Numbered from the stretch's first letter, positions 9,340-20,235 are shown. The stretch is 64,000 nt of DNA from an uncultured Armatimonadetes bacterium (GCA_963716175.1 OY970296.1:1664001-1728000); one strand, 5' to 3'. Translations and numbers: made by a program. Notes: generated from the sequence alone by a model not told the origin.

Positions 9340-11105
9340 CTATTGATACCGGAAGTCCGTGTACTCGTGTTGAATGGGCTGGTTGGAGGTGCCGATCGCT
9401 ACCAGATACCACTCGCCTCCGAGCTGCCTCAGGCGGAAGGAGACGTACACCATGTGCTCGGCGCCATCGGGATCGTAGAACACCTGGCGGCCGGTGTAGA
9501 AGACTTCCTTGCTGGACAGCCAAATGGGATCGTCGAAGTCCATGGAAACCGTCTGGGTGGTGCTGACGGTGTCAAGCGTCATGGCGTAGAAGTCATCGGT
9601 GGTGGTGGTGTAGGAGTACTCGCCATCGAAGTAGACCCGGATATCGAGCTGGTCGGTGAGATGAGCGGCCAGCGGGCCGACATCACCATCCAGCCAGGCT
9701 AGCCGGATGTCCCTGATGGCCTCCGATGCACCCTGGTAGTCCAGGTGATAGCCACTGTAGTAGTAGCGGTACGGCGTCACCGGGACGTAAACGTACTCAA
9801 CGGGCGCGTAGTAGCACCGATCCGGGTAGATCCACCCCGGGCTCCAGCCGAAGTAGGCGTAGACGCCCGGGTAGTAACCCGGATAGTAGAGCCCGAAGAA
9901 ATAGGGGTCTGCGAAGTAGAAGGGGTACCAGAAGTTGATCAGGATCAGGGTGTGGTGGCGGCGGTGGAACCCGGTGAAGAAGCCGCCTCCCCGGCCCCAC
10001 ACCGCCCCGGGCGCGACCAGGTAGCCAAACCCAGGCCGCCCATAGTGGTTGACAATGGTGCTGTAGGTGCCCTTGATGTGGGTGACGTTGTCCCGCACCA
10101 GCCAAGCGGTGTCCTTGGCCACGGGATTGCCGACCACGTCGTGGCCCGGGCGCACGGTCTGGAAGCGTCCCAGCTGCGTGTTCTCCTGGCGCACCCGCTC
10201 CCGCAAGCGCGCCGGGAGCTGCTGCCGATCCTGAGGGGATACGAGTCGGACCTTCTGGTCGCTCTCCGCACCACGAAACTCGGCTTGCGGGACAGTGAAG
10301 CGCCGCGGCACGCGCGGCGGCGCGTTCGGGTTCACCACATTCTGCCCGGGAGTCCGGCCTGGCGTCGGCCTGCCCTCTGCGACACCGGGGCGCTGGCCCT
10401 GGGGCGTCTGCCTGGGGGGCGCGGCGGGCTGCTGCTCGCGCCCGCCAGCACGAGGCCGCTCTCTGACCTGTCCCTGCTCACCAGCCGTAGGCTTGGAGGG
10501 CCGCTCTTGGCCCGCCCTTGCTGATCGCTGGCGGAGCGGGAGGGCCGCTCTCTCGGGCTCGCCTGAGAGTTGCGCTCGCGGTTGCCCCACTCTGAGGCAG
10601 CAACTGGCGTGCCGGGGCGCTGGCGGTAGAGCTGGTAGACGTCGCCCTGGGATGGCTGCTGCCGCCGCGCGACGGGCGGGCGCTCGTAGCTGGGGGCCGC
10701 GCGCTGCTGGCCCCATCTCGGCTGAGGAACACCCTCTCCCTGCGACTGAGGTTGCTCAGGCTGGCGATACCATCGGAAAGCATCGGGCCGCGGGATCTGC
10801 TGCTGGCGGCCGCGCAAGCCCACGGCGGGTCCCTCTGGGCCAGGGCCTGGCCGGGCCGGAGGAGTGACCGACTGCGGCCCAGGTGTTTGGGCCTGACGGG
10901 GGGCAGCGCGCTCCTGTGCGGGCGCGCGCTCCGGCTGGCTGCGCGCCTTCTGGTCCGGCTGCGCCTGGCCGCGGTCAGACTGGCCCCGGTCGGATTGCCC
11001 CTTGCCCCGCTGACCCCAGGAGAATGACGGCAGCAGGGCCAGGCCGGCGAAAAGGACCGCGGTGAGGAGAGTGCTGCGAACTCGGTTGCTGTTGTGACCT
11101 GACAT
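9340..11105 (-). CDS. Secreted low-complexity (Q/R/P-rich) protein with Tyr/Pro-rich segment and C-terminal globular domain; frameshifted at ~10512
   Basis: The signal-peptide ORF (10332-11129) and the C-terminal ORF (9340-10716) join if one G is restored in the minus-strand GGG run, giving QGRGQER. Confidence 0.6.
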
Positions 11106-11294
11106 CTCGCCCACCTTCCTTTCTACCATCTGCCCCCCGAAGGTGGCAGACAGAGCCTTGAAGGTCCCCGTCCGTGTATTCTATTGTACCGCGTTCTGGG
11201 CGTGGCTCAAACCCTGTGGCGGGTTGTCTGTCACCTGAAATCTGCACGGAGCCGCTCTGGGGGCCCGGCCTGCGTTTCAGCGGGTGAGGTAAGA

Positions 11295-11325
11295 GACAAC
11301 CCCCCGGCGACGCCGGGGGGTTGTC
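11295..11325 (-). terminator. Intrinsic terminator-like hairpin downstream of the SLH/beta-barrel gene
   Basis: gacaaccccccggcg / cgccggggggttgtc inverted repeat followed by TCTT on the minus strand. Confidence 0.65.
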
Positions 11326-11351
11326 GGTTGGTTCGGATGCGGCCGACCGGG

Positions 11352-13472
11352 CTAGAACTCCACGGCCAACTCGGCGCGGACCACCTGGACCGCGTCGTTG
11401 ATCGCGAAGTGCTGTACCTGGTCGGGGGTGGTGATGACCGGCACCTGCTGCCCTGACAGCATGTGGTCTGCCTCCCGCCGGCCGTAGAGCAGCTTGGCGG
11501 TCACGCTGTCGGAGAGCTGGTGCGAGAGCTGAACCCACCAGACCGGGTCGGCCCGCTCCCACTTGTCGGGCTTGGTAATAGGCGCGCCCGCGGAATCCAC
11601 CCCGCTGAACAGCATCCAGCTGAGGAAGCGCGGGTTGTAGCCATCGCCGGAAGCGTAGGAGATGGAGACCGGAGTCTTCGGCCCCAGCAGCTTCGGGAAG
11701 GTGGCATTGAAGTGCCAGCCCTTGGCGATGTTCGTGGGATCCAGGAAGAGCGGCCGATCCACCCAGTTGATGTAGTGGGCGTTGACTTCCGCCAGCGGGT
11801 GGAGGGCCGAGAGCGGCAGGTTGAAGGTGAACAGGTCGGAGCCACCCATGAAGGGGCCGACCTGGCTCCAGCCAGCGCCGCCAGGTGAGAAGGCGTAGCC
11901 TGGATCAATCAGGCCATACTCGCCGGTGAGGGCGAGCCAGTCGTTGTCCCACTTGAGGCCGGTGAACCAGGCATTGCGGCCCGCCTGCTCGACGGTCAGC
12001 TCGCTTGCATCCTGGACGCCGTCTCCGTTCGCGTCGAAGAACTTGAGACCGGTGGGCCACTTGCGCAGCTGCGAGAACTCGCCATAGAAGCCGAGGCCGA
12101 AGAACTTGCCGTCGAGGCTGGCGCTCCAGGCCTGCTCCTTGTTGAACCCGCTCTGCAGCCAGTTCACGCCCAGGTCCCAGCTCTTGCTGAGGGCGAAGTC
12201 GGCATAGTACAGGTTGTAGTTATCCTGACCATTGGTCTTGGGGGCGTTGAGCTCAGAGCCCGAGTACATCCCGACGCCTCCCACGATCAGAGGCGTGATC
12301 CCGGGTAGACCGAGGTCTCCGGTGCTGCGCCCGTAGAACTCCTCCCGATCGAGCAGCCCCCAGTAGATGCCCCAGGAGACGCGCTGCTCCTTGTTCCAGT
12401 CGAAACGGAAGCCCTTGGTCGCCTCCTGATCGTTGTCCACCAGCAGGCCTTCACCTCGGCGCACGTACTGCTTGCCCACGACCATGTCCATGGGGACCAG
12501 GAAGTGGGTCTTGTGGGCCACCCAGGCCTCGTTGATCTTGACCTCGTCCATAATCCCGTTGCCGGAGAGGGCATTGGGGGAGCCAACGAACTCCTCAGGG
12601 GTGTAGTCAACTTGGGCTACGTTCCCGATGTTGTTGGTCCTGGTGTCGGCCAGCAACTGCACCTTGACGCTGGTGGTATCGGAGAGCTGGCCCGCCAGGT
12701 TGATCCGGGTGCGCTGGGTGAGGAAGTCGCTGGCCTTGAAGGTATCCTTCAAGGCGTCGCTGATGGGGATGGTGCCCACGAACGACGGGTTGGTCCCGAC
12801 ATCGGTCCAGGCCCCGTTGACGAAGTCCGGCAGGTTGATCCCGCCATAGGGGGCCACCGACCCGAGGAAGGCACCACCGGCCACGGTGAGAGGCGCGTCA
12901 GCTCCGCCGCCTCCGCCGGTTCCCTCGGGACTGAAGGGATAGCCGGTGGACTCCACTTCCTGGGTGCCAAGCTTGGTGCCATAGAGGCCGGTGCGGACGT
13001 CAATGTCTCCGCTGACGGTGATGGTAGGACCCTTGGCAGCGGGCCGGGCCTCCAACTCCTCCACGCGCTTGGTGAGGTTGTCCAGGTCGGAGCGGAGGGC
13101 CTTCAGTTCGGGAGCGAACTCCTTGGCGAGGCGGTCCAGCAGAGCCTGCTGCTCGGCTGTCACACCTCCTCCGCCACCCGCCGGACCCGGCGGGCCGGGC
13201 TCGCCCTTGGGGCCCGGAATGCCCTTCATCTGCTCCATCCGCTCCATCATGCGCGCGATCGCCTGCGCGAACTCGTAACGGGTCAGGGGCTGCTTGCCCT
13301 TGAAAGTCCCGTCTGGATAGCCCTCGATGAGCCCGGTCTCGGCCAACTTGTTCACGGCGTTGTACGCCCAGTGGTCGAGCGGAACATCGGCGAAGGGCTG
13401 CTGAGCCAGCGCAGGGACGAGGGCACCGAGCAACACGACCACGGCGCCCAATACGAACCCTACTCTACGCAT
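11352..13472 (-). CDS. SLH-domain outer-membrane beta-barrel tether (OmpM/SlpA-like)
   Basis: Signal peptide; SLH (FADVPLDHWAY...GYPDGTF...TRYEFA); coiled coil (EFAPELKAL...RVEELE); amphipathic strands; C-terminal Phe (AVEF). Confidence 0.85.
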   Translation of the reverse strand: MRRVGFVLGAVVVLLGALVPALAQQPFADVPLDHWAYNAVNKLAETGLIEGYPDGTFKGKQPLTRYEFAQAIARMMERMEQMKGIPGPKGEPGPPGPAGGGGGVTAEQQALLDRLAKEFAPELKALRSDLDNLTKRVEELEARPAAKGPTITVSGDIDVRTGLYGTKLGTQEVESTGYPFSPEGTGGGGGADAPLTVAGGAFLGSVAPYGGINLPDFVNGAWTDVGTNPSFVGTIPISDALKDTFKASDFLTQRTRINLAGQLSDTTSVKVQLLADTRTNNIGNVAQVDYTPEEFVGSPNALSGNGIMDEVKINEAWVAHKTHFLVPMDMVVGKQYVRRGEGLLVDNDQEATKGFRFDWNKEQRVSWGIYWGLLDREEFYGRSTGDLGLPGITPLIVGGVGMYSGSELNAPKTNGQDNYNLYYADFALSKSWDLGVNWLQSGFNKEQAWSASLDGKFFGLGFYGEFSQLRKWPTGLKFFDANGDGVQDASELTVEQAGRNAWFTGLKWDNDWLALTGEYGLIDPGYAFSPGGAGWSQVGPFMGGSDLFTFNLPLSALHPLAEVNAHYINWVDRPLFLDPTNIAKGWHFNATFPKLLGPKTPVSISYASGDGYNPRFLSWMLFSGVDSAGAPITKPDKWERADPVWWVQLSHQLSDSVTAKLLYGRREADHMLSGQQVPVITTPDQVQHFAINDAVQVVRAELAVEF

Positions 13473-14064
13473 CGCTTCCTCCTTCAATTCACGTCACAAG
13501 GTGGCGGAACCGATAGCGCAGATGAAGCCTGCCCGGAGCTTCCATGTTACCTCCCGGCTGCAAGCCCCCGCCTGGCTATCGCTTCTCGCCTGCGACCGGC
13601 GGCTTTCCGACCCAGCCATGCGCCTTGCTCAGCCACCTCCTTTCCGGCGCAGAGAGCCGCTGAGGCCGATAGGCCGCTCTCGTCAAGACTTCGAACTCGC
13701 TCGCGCCCAAGGCTGGGCTGCCAAGCGGTAGAATATGCCACGTCCCCTGCCCGACATCTAAAGGGCTGCTCCCCCTGCTGCCAGAGCTCCCCTTCGCCAG
13801 TGCGCCGAGGAAGCTCTCCGGTTCGAGCTCGAGGGCAGGCGCGCCTTGCCGGCGTGGATACGCTGATGCCTACGATTGCTGATCCCCTGCCCGATACGCC
13901 CGTCTCTTAGACACCAGACCTTCAGCAGAGTCGCGGGGCATTATAGGCCACTCCCGGCGTGCTGGCAACCCAAGATTGCACCATAGGGCCGACAAGGCCT
14001 GACAGAGGAGCGGGCCCAAGGGTCGCAGAATCCCCGGCCAGACTGCGGAGAGGAGCAGCTCAGT

Positions 14065-15189
14065 ATGGTGATCGGGGTGCCCAGGGAGATCAAGGACGGC
14101 GAGCAGCGGGTGGCGATCACGCCGGCCGGGGTCCGGGCCTTCCGGGAACACGGGCATCGCGTGCTGGTGGAGAGCGGGGCCGGGGAGGGGAGCCGGATCT
14201 CGGATGCCGAGTTCCGCCGCGCCGGGGGCAGGGTGGTGGGTGGGCCGGAGGAGGTCTTCGCGCGCGCCGAGCTGGTGCTGAAAGTGAAGGAGCCGCTGCC
14301 GCCGGAGTATGGGCTGCTGGGCGCGGGCCACATTCTATTCACCTACCTCCATCTCGCTTCTTCGCGCGAATTGCTGCACGCCTTGCTGGCCTCGGGAGTG
14401 ACGGCGCTGGGCTACGAGACGGTGCAGACGGAGAGTGGGACCCTGCCCCTGCTGGTGCCGATGAGTGAGATTGCGGGCAAGCTATCGGTGCAGATCGGGG
14501 CCCACCTGCTGGAGGCAGAGTGTGGAGGCAGAGGGACGCTGCTGGGGGGTGTGCCCGGGGTGCCGCCGGGCCAGGTGGTGATCCTGGGGTGCGGAGTGGC
14601 GGGCACGAATGCGGCCAAAGTGGCGGTGGGGACGGGGGCACATGTCACTATCCTGGATATCAACCACGACCGGCTGAAGTACCTCGACGACGTGCTCATG
14701 GGCAATGTGATCACGGTCTACGCCAACGCCTACTCCATCGAGCGCGCAGTCAGCTACGCGGATCTGCTGATTGGGGCGGTGCTGGTGCCAGGAGCGCGGG
14801 CGCCCGAGCTGGTGACCCGGGCGATGGTGCGAAAGATGAAGCCGGGGTCGGTGATCGTTGATATCTCGGTGGATCAGGGGGGGTGTGTGGCGACGATCCG
14901 CCCCACCAGCTACTCCGAGCCGTACTACGTGGTGAACGGGGTGCTCCATTATGCGGTCCCGAACATCCCCGCGGCAGTGCCCAGGACGGCCACGCACGCG
15001 CTCACCAATGCCACCCTACCCTGGGCGCTGGAGATCGCGCAGAAAGGATTGGCCGAGGCGCTGCGCACCAATCCGGCGCTGGCGAGGGGACTCAATGCGA
15101 TGGGGGGTCATGTGACGCACGCGGCGGTGGCGCAGGCCTTCCGCATGAGGCCGGTGAAGTGGGAAGAGCTGCTGGCGGAGGTGAGCTGA
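14065..15189 (+). CDS. ald: Alanine dehydrogenase
   Basis: IGVPREIK.GEQRVA, FTYLHLA, PMSEIAG, VDISVDQGG, YAVPNIP. Confidence 0.95.
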   Translation: MVIGVPREIKDGEQRVAITPAGVRAFREHGHRVLVESGAGEGSRISDAEFRRAGGRVVGGPEEVFARAELVLKVKEPLPPEYGLLGAGHILFTYLHLASSRELLHALLASGVTALGYETVQTESGTLPLLVPMSEIAGKLSVQIGAHLLEAECGGRGTLLGGVPGVPPGQVVILGCGVAGTNAAKVAVGTGAHVTILDINHDRLKYLDDVLMGNVITVYANAYSIERAVSYADLLIGAVLVPGARAPELVTRAMVRKMKPGSVIVDISVDQGGCVATIRPTSYSEPYYVVNGVLHYAVPNIPAAVPRTATHALTNATLPWALEIAQKGLAEALRTNPALARGLNAMGGHVTHAAVAQAFRMRPVKWEELLAEVS

Positions 15190-15191
15190 AG

Positions 15192-16157
15192 ATGGGAGGG
15201 AGGTCCGGTCAGGTGCTGGCGCTTCCCTCCAAGCGCGATCACCCGGCCTGGCTGAAGGCGAAACGGCGCCAGCTCGCCAGGCTGCTAGGCGGTTTTCCGG
15301 CCCGGGCGCCGCTCCACGCTGAGGTCACCCGCCGGGAAGAGGAGCGCGACCGGGTGGTGGAGTGGGTGCGCTACGAGAGTGAACCGGGGGAGGTGGTGCC
15401 CGCGGTGATGCTGATCCCGCGGCGCCGCACTCCCCCTCTGCCGGCAGTTCTCTGTCACCACCAGCACGCCGGGCAGTACGAGCTGGGCAAGAGCGAGGTG
15501 CTCGGCTGGGCCGGCAATCCCCAGCAGGCCTATGCGGCCGAGCTGTGCGCCCGCGGCTACATCGCCTTCGCCCCGGACTGCATCGGGTTCGAGGAGCGAG
15601 GCCACCCGCGGCTCTCAGGGCCGGACTACGAGCGCTTCCTGGCCCATCACTTGCTGCTCCAGGGCCTCACCCTGCAGGGGAAGATGGTCTGGGATGTGAC
15701 CCGGGCGATAGACTATCTCATCTCCCGGCCCGAGGTGGACGGCGCCCGGATCGGCATGGTCGGGCACTCGCTGGGCGGATGCGAGACCTGGTGGTCAATG
15801 GCGCTGGAGCCCCGCCTCAAGGCCGGCGCCGCGAGCTGTGGCACCACCACCTATGCCGCGGTGCTGGCGGCGGAGCGCTACCACAACTACGGGTTCTATG
15901 TGCCGGACATTCTGAAATGGGGGGACCTGCCAGAGGTGGTCTCTCTGATCGCTCCCAGGCCGCTGCTGGTGCTGGCCGGGGCGGAGGACCGGGGCTTCCC
16001 GGTGGCCGGGGCCAAGCAGGTGGTGGCCCGCGCGGGCATGCTGTACCGGAGGTTGGGGGCGGCGGAGGCGCTGGAGTTGTTCGTTTCACCCAAGGGCCAC
16101 GAGTTCACAGATGAGATGAGGCACCGCGCCTACCTGTGGTTTGACCGGTGGTTGTGA
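15192..16157 (+). CDS. Alpha/beta hydrolase (dienelactone hydrolase / acetylxylan esterase-like)
   Basis: GHSLGG nucleophile elbow, APRPLL..G.ED, GHEF. Confidence 0.85.
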   Translation: MGGRSGQVLALPSKRDHPAWLKAKRRQLARLLGGFPARAPLHAEVTRREEERDRVVEWVRYESEPGEVVPAVMLIPRRRTPPLPAVLCHHQHAGQYELGKSEVLGWAGNPQQAYAAELCARGYIAFAPDCIGFEERGHPRLSGPDYERFLAHHLLLQGLTLQGKMVWDVTRAIDYLISRPEVDGARIGMVGHSLGGCETWWSMALEPRLKAGAASCGTTTYAAVLAAERYHNYGFYVPDILKWGDLPEVVSLIAPRPLLVLAGAEDRGFPVAGAKQVVARAGMLYRRLGAAEALELFVSPKGHEFTDEMRHRAYLWFDRWL

Positions 16158-16242
16158 GGCCGCCGGGAGAGGGAAGGAGAGGCGCGGCGGGGTGCGAACA
16201 GAGGGCCTAATTGTCCGTACCTCAATCGCGGAGGTGTGCGAG

Positions 16243-19104
16243 ATGAGAGCGCGCTCGTGGCTGCATCTGCTGGCCGTCCTGGTCTGCCTTTCTGTCTCTC
16301 CGGCTGGCGCCCAGACGATCGCGGAAGCGTGGCGGAGCCCCTTTGGCCAGGCGCGGTCGGTCTCGGCGAACACTGCCGACGGGTCCTGCTGGGCGGCGAC
16401 GGGTTCGAGCGTGATGCACATGGCCGCGGACGGCACAGTGCTCAGCCAGAGCAATGGCTTCGATTGCCCCGAATCAGTGTCGGTGAACTCGTCTGATGGC
16501 TCCTGCTGGGTAGCGGACACCGAGAACAACCAGGTGGTGCATCTGGCTGCGGATGGCCGGGAGCTGTGGCGGGGAGATGACTTCAACATGCCCTACGGGG
16601 TCTCGGTCAACGCGACGGATGGCTCCTGCTGGGTGGCTGACACCTACAACTCGGAGGTGGCGCATCTCGATGAGAACGGAGACGAGCTGTGGCGGGGCGC
16701 GAGCTTCAGCCTGCCTGCTTCCGTCTCGGTGAACGCGGCGGATGGCTCGTGCTGGGTGGCGGATACCGGCAGCAACCAAGTGGTGCACCTGGACGCGGAC
16801 GGCGGCGAGCTACGGCGGGTTGGTGGGTTCAGTGAGCCGGGCTCCGTCTCGCTCAATGCTGCGGACGGGTCGTGCTGGGTGGCGGACACCGGCCATGATG
16901 AGGCGGTGCATCTCAGGGATGATGGGCACGAGCTGCGGCGGATTGGCGGGTTCAACTGGCCGTTGTCAATATCGGCGAATGCGGATGATGGCTCGTGCTG
17001 GGTGGCTGATAGCTACGGCTACCAGGTAGTGCATCTGGATGTGGACGGCGGGGTGCTGTGGCAGGGAGGCGGCTTCGGGGTGCCGATGTCGGTGGCGGTC
17101 AGTCTGAAGGATGGCTCCTGCTGGGTGGCGGATGCGGAGAAGTGCGAGGTGGTGCACCTGGCCGAGAATGGCACCGCGATCTGGGTGGGCAAGGCCCTCG
17201 AGCAACCCAACTCGGTCTCGGTGAATGCCGGCGATGGGTCCTGCTGGGCGGCCGATAGCTACCACCTGGAGGTGGCGCACCTGAGCAGGCAGGGGGAGGA
17301 GCTGTGGCGGGGAGGGAGCTACCGCTATCCCTGGTCGGTCTCGGTGAACGCGGGGGATGGCTCCTGTTGGGTGGCGGTGAACGACGGGCTGATGGGCGAG
17401 GTGGCGCACTTATCCGAGAATGGGACAGAGCTGTGGCGGGGCGGCGATGTGGTTGGGCCGAATTCGGTCTCCGTCAACTCGGCGGACGGCTCCTGCTGGG
17501 TGGCGGATACCGCGGGCTCGGAGGTAGTGCATCTGGCCGCGGATGGCGGGCTGCTGTCGCGAGTAGGCGGTTTCAGCGGGCCCAGCTCGGTGTCTGTGAA
17601 CCCGATGGACGGGTCCTGCTGGGTGGCGGACGCTGGCAGCAACCAGGTAGTGCGTCTGAGCGAGGCGGGACTGGAGCTACTGCGCGAGGATGGGATCTCT
17701 CGGCCCGCGTCGGTGTCGGTGGACCCCGGAGATGGCTCGTGCTGGGTGGCGGATACGGGCAACGGGGAAGTGGTACACCTGAGCAGCACGGGGCAGGAGC
17801 TGTCGCGGGAAGGCGGGTTCGTCGCGCCCCTCTCGGTCTCGGTGAATCCGGCGGATGGCACGTGCTGGGTGGCGGACACGGGGAACGATGAGGTGGCGCT
17901 GCTGGACGCGGATGGAGGCGAGGTGTGGCGGGGGTGGGGATTCCTGCGGCCGGTCGCGGTTTCCGCGAATCCCAGCGATGGGTCGTGCTGGGTGGCCGAT
18001 GCCGAGAATGGGCAGATCGTACATCTGGTGACGGTGGCGGAGCCGAAGGCGGATTTCGTCGCCTCGCCGGTGAGCGGAGTGGCCCCGTTGGAGGTCACGT
18101 TCACCGATCGCTCCCAGGGCGAGCCGACCTCCTGGCTCTGGGACTTCGGCGATGGCGGCACTGCGACGGACCAGAGCCCGAGCCATCTCTACACCACGGC
18201 GGGCAGCTACACTGTGAGCCTCACGGTTTCGAATGCTGCGGGCTCGGACACCCAAACCCGAGTGCACTATGTCACCGTGGTGGCGATGGCGGTGACGGCG
18301 CGGTTCTCCGGCACACCGAGGAGCGGACCGGTGCCGCTGACGGTGGATTTCACAGATCAGTCGCCGGGGGATGCGACCTTCTGGTGGTGGGACTTCGGCG
18401 ACGGGGAGACCGCTGCGGACCGGGACCCCAGCCACCAGTACGCCAGGCCGGGCCGGTATACGGTGAGCCTGACGGTGGCGAACGCGGGCAGCTCGGACTC
18501 GCTGGCGAAGTTGCGCTACGTTGTGGTGACATTCGTGGACGTGCCGCCGTGGTACTGGGCCTTCTCTGAGATCATGGCCGCGGTGGACTCCGATATCGTC
18601 GCCGGCTATCCCGATGGCAGCTATCGGCCCACCCTCCCGGTCACCCGGGATCAGATGGCGGTCTATATCGCCCGCGCGCTGGCTGGCGGGGAGGCGATGG
18701 TGCCGACAGGTCTGGCAACGGCCTCCTTCCCAGATGTGTCCACCAGCTATTGGGCTTTCAAGTACATCGAGTACGCGAAGGGCCGGCAGGTGGTAGAGGG
18801 CTACCCGGATGGGAGCTACCAGCCGCTGGTGCCGCTGGACCGGGGCCAGATGGCAGCCTTCATGGCGCGGGCGATGGGCGCCGCCTCCGGCGACCCGGGG
18901 CTGGCGAGCTACTCGCCGCCGGAGGTGCCTACCTTCCCAGATGTGCCGGCCAGTTTCTGGGCCTACGAATACGTAGAGTACGTAGCCGACCCGGCACGGC
19001 GTGTCACCCACGGCTACCCGGATGGCAACTACCACCCCGAGTACCTATGCACGCGGGATCAGATGGCGGCGTTCGTGCAGCGGGGGTTCGCGCTGCCGAT
19101 GTAG
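16243..19104 (+). CDS. Cell-surface protein: NHL-like beta-propeller repeats, two PKD domains, SLH domains
   Basis: Signal peptide; ~15 repeats of SVSVN..DGSCWVAD; two WDFGDG PKD motifs; C-terminal GYPDG/TRDQMA SLH motifs. Confidence 0.88.
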   Translation: MRARSWLHLLAVLVCLSVSPAGAQTIAEAWRSPFGQARSVSANTADGSCWAATGSSVMHMAADGTVLSQSNGFDCPESVSVNSSDGSCWVADTENNQVVHLAADGRELWRGDDFNMPYGVSVNATDGSCWVADTYNSEVAHLDENGDELWRGASFSLPASVSVNAADGSCWVADTGSNQVVHLDADGGELRRVGGFSEPGSVSLNAADGSCWVADTGHDEAVHLRDDGHELRRIGGFNWPLSISANADDGSCWVADSYGYQVVHLDVDGGVLWQGGGFGVPMSVAVSLKDGSCWVADAEKCEVVHLAENGTAIWVGKALEQPNSVSVNAGDGSCWAADSYHLEVAHLSRQGEELWRGGSYRYPWSVSVNAGDGSCWVAVNDGLMGEVAHLSENGTELWRGGDVVGPNSVSVNSADGSCWVADTAGSEVVHLAADGGLLSRVGGFSGPSSVSVNPMDGSCWVADAGSNQVVRLSEAGLELLREDGISRPASVSVDPGDGSCWVADTGNGEVVHLSSTGQELSREGGFVAPLSVSVNPADGTCWVADTGNDEVALLDADGGEVWRGWGFLRPVAVSANPSDGSCWVADAENGQIVHLVTVAEPKADFVASPVSGVAPLEVTFTDRSQGEPTSWLWDFGDGGTATDQSPSHLYTTAGSYTVSLTVSNAAGSDTQTRVHYVTVVAMAVTARFSGTPRSGPVPLTVDFTDQSPGDATFWWWDFGDGETAADRDPSHQYARPGRYTVSLTVANAGSSDSLAKLRYVVVTFVDVPPWYWAFSEIMAAVDSDIVAGYPDGSYRPTLPVTRDQMAVYIARALAGGEAMVPTGLATASFPDVSTSYWAFKYIEYAKGRQVVEGYPDGSYQPLVPLDRGQMAAFMARAMGAASGDPGLASYSPPEVPTFPDVPASFWAYEYVEYVADPARRVTHGYPDGNYHPEYLCTRDQMAAFVQRGFALPM

Positions 19105-19217
19105 GCGGGTGCGACCAACGCACTGAGGGGAGCCGAGAGGGCGCCTTGGCGCCCTCTCGGCGTTCGCCGGCATCGCCCCGCCGGATTCGACGCCGACTGC
19201 CGGGCTTGTGGCAGCGG

Positions 19218-19256
19218 TGACATCATGTTATCATAAATGCGCGTGGTGTTATCATA
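19218..19256 (+). promoter_or_regulatory. Putative vapBC operator (direct repeat)
   Basis: TGTTATCATA at 19226-19235 and 19247-19256 (21-bp period), preceded by TGACATCAT, just upstream of the antitoxin. Confidence 0.55.
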
Positions 19257-19275
19257 GGCTAAGGATGACCCAAGG

Positions 19276-19533
19276 ATGGTTAGAACACAAGTCCAGTTGA
19301 CCAAAGAGCAGGTTGCCGAGCTGAAGCGGCTGGCGGCGGAGCGCGCGGTGTCTGTGGCGGAGTTGGTGAGGGAGGGCGTGGAAGCGGTGATAAAGGCATC
19401 CCGCGGCATGAGTTGGGAGGAGCGAAAACGGAGAGCGCTGGCGGTGCGCAGCTTCCATTCCGACGTTCCGGACCTGTCCATTCGCCATGACGACTACCTC
19501 GTCGAGTCTATCGTTGACCCGGTGTCGGAATGA
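19276..19533 (+). CDS. Ribbon-helix-helix (CopG-like) VapB antitoxin
   Basis: MVRTQVQL...SVAELVREGV...DLSIRHDDYL; ATGA overlap with the PIN gene. Confidence 0.85.
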   Translation: MVRTQVQLTKEQVAELKRLAAERAVSVAELVREGVEAVIKASRGMSWEERKRRALAVRSFHSDVPDLSIRHDDYLVESIVDPVSE

Positions 19534-19994
19534 GCGTCTTCGTTGATACGTCTGCCTTCATCGCTCTCCTCGCGGATGAGGATTTGAACCACGCCTCGTC
19601 CAGAACTACCTGGGACAGCCTGCTAGGGACGGACGAAGGCCTGTGGACCAGCAACTATGTGGTGTCCGAGACGGTGGCTCTGCTGCAGCGTCGGGTGGGA
19701 ATGGGAGCGGTCCGAGAGTTGGTGGTAGTCGCGCTGCCGGCGCTGCAGATTGAATGGGTCACGCCTGAGGCGCATGATCCCGCCGTGGCCAGCCTGCTGG
19801 TGGCCGGGCGGCGCGACCTGAGCCTGGTGGACTGCGTGAGTTTTGAGCTGATGAGGCAGCGAGGGATTGCCAGGGCCTTCACCTTCGACGTGCACTTTGC
19901 CGAGCAGGGGTTTGAGTGCCTGCCGGGCAGCGTTGCCCAGTCGGCCGCAGATCCGCAGGCTGAGAGAGAGGACCGCGCGCCGTCTGTCCAGTGA
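19530..19994 (+). CDS. PIN-domain VapC toxin
   Basis: VFVDTSAF, SET, SLVDCVSF, AFTFD.HF acidic PIN motifs. Confidence 0.9.
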   Translation: MSVFVDTSAFIALLADEDLNHASSRTTWDSLLGTDEGLWTSNYVVSETVALLQRRVGMGAVRELVVVALPALQIEWVTPEAHDPAVASLLVAGRRDLSLVDCVSFELMRQRGIARAFTFDVHFAEQGFECLPGSVAQSAADPQAEREDRAPSVQ

Positions 19995-20235
19995 TTCTGT
20001 TGCATCATGGGAACAGCCATGATGCAACAGAACGGGCTTCACGATCCCCACGTCTGGCTCTGTAGAGTTTCAGAATCATGGGAATATCCCCATGATTCAG
20101 GAAACTCTATAGAAGCTGTTTCATAACCTTCCCAGGGGAGGTTATGAAACAGCACTGCACAACGTCAGGCCGTGGCAGGCGCATTTCATGCGAGGGCGTA
20201 GTGCGGCCAGCCAGCAGGTAGGTTATGAAATGCGC
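19995..20235. repeat. Cluster of four consecutive AT-richer inverted repeats
   Basis: 16-bp perfect stem 19995-20032; ~24-bp bulged stem 20059-20113; 15-bp perfect stem 20115-20153; 11-bp stem 20179-20235. Confidence 0.85.

Noticed and set aside
13488-14064. Riboswitch in the long divergent intergenic region before the SLH gene
   Set aside because: No recognisable aptamer consensus; probably promoters plus a long 5' UTR.
16330-18030. Regular ~126-bp repeats as a CRISPR or non-coding array
   Set aside because: They are in-frame NHL-like protein repeats with synonymous variation; no cas genes or unique spacers.
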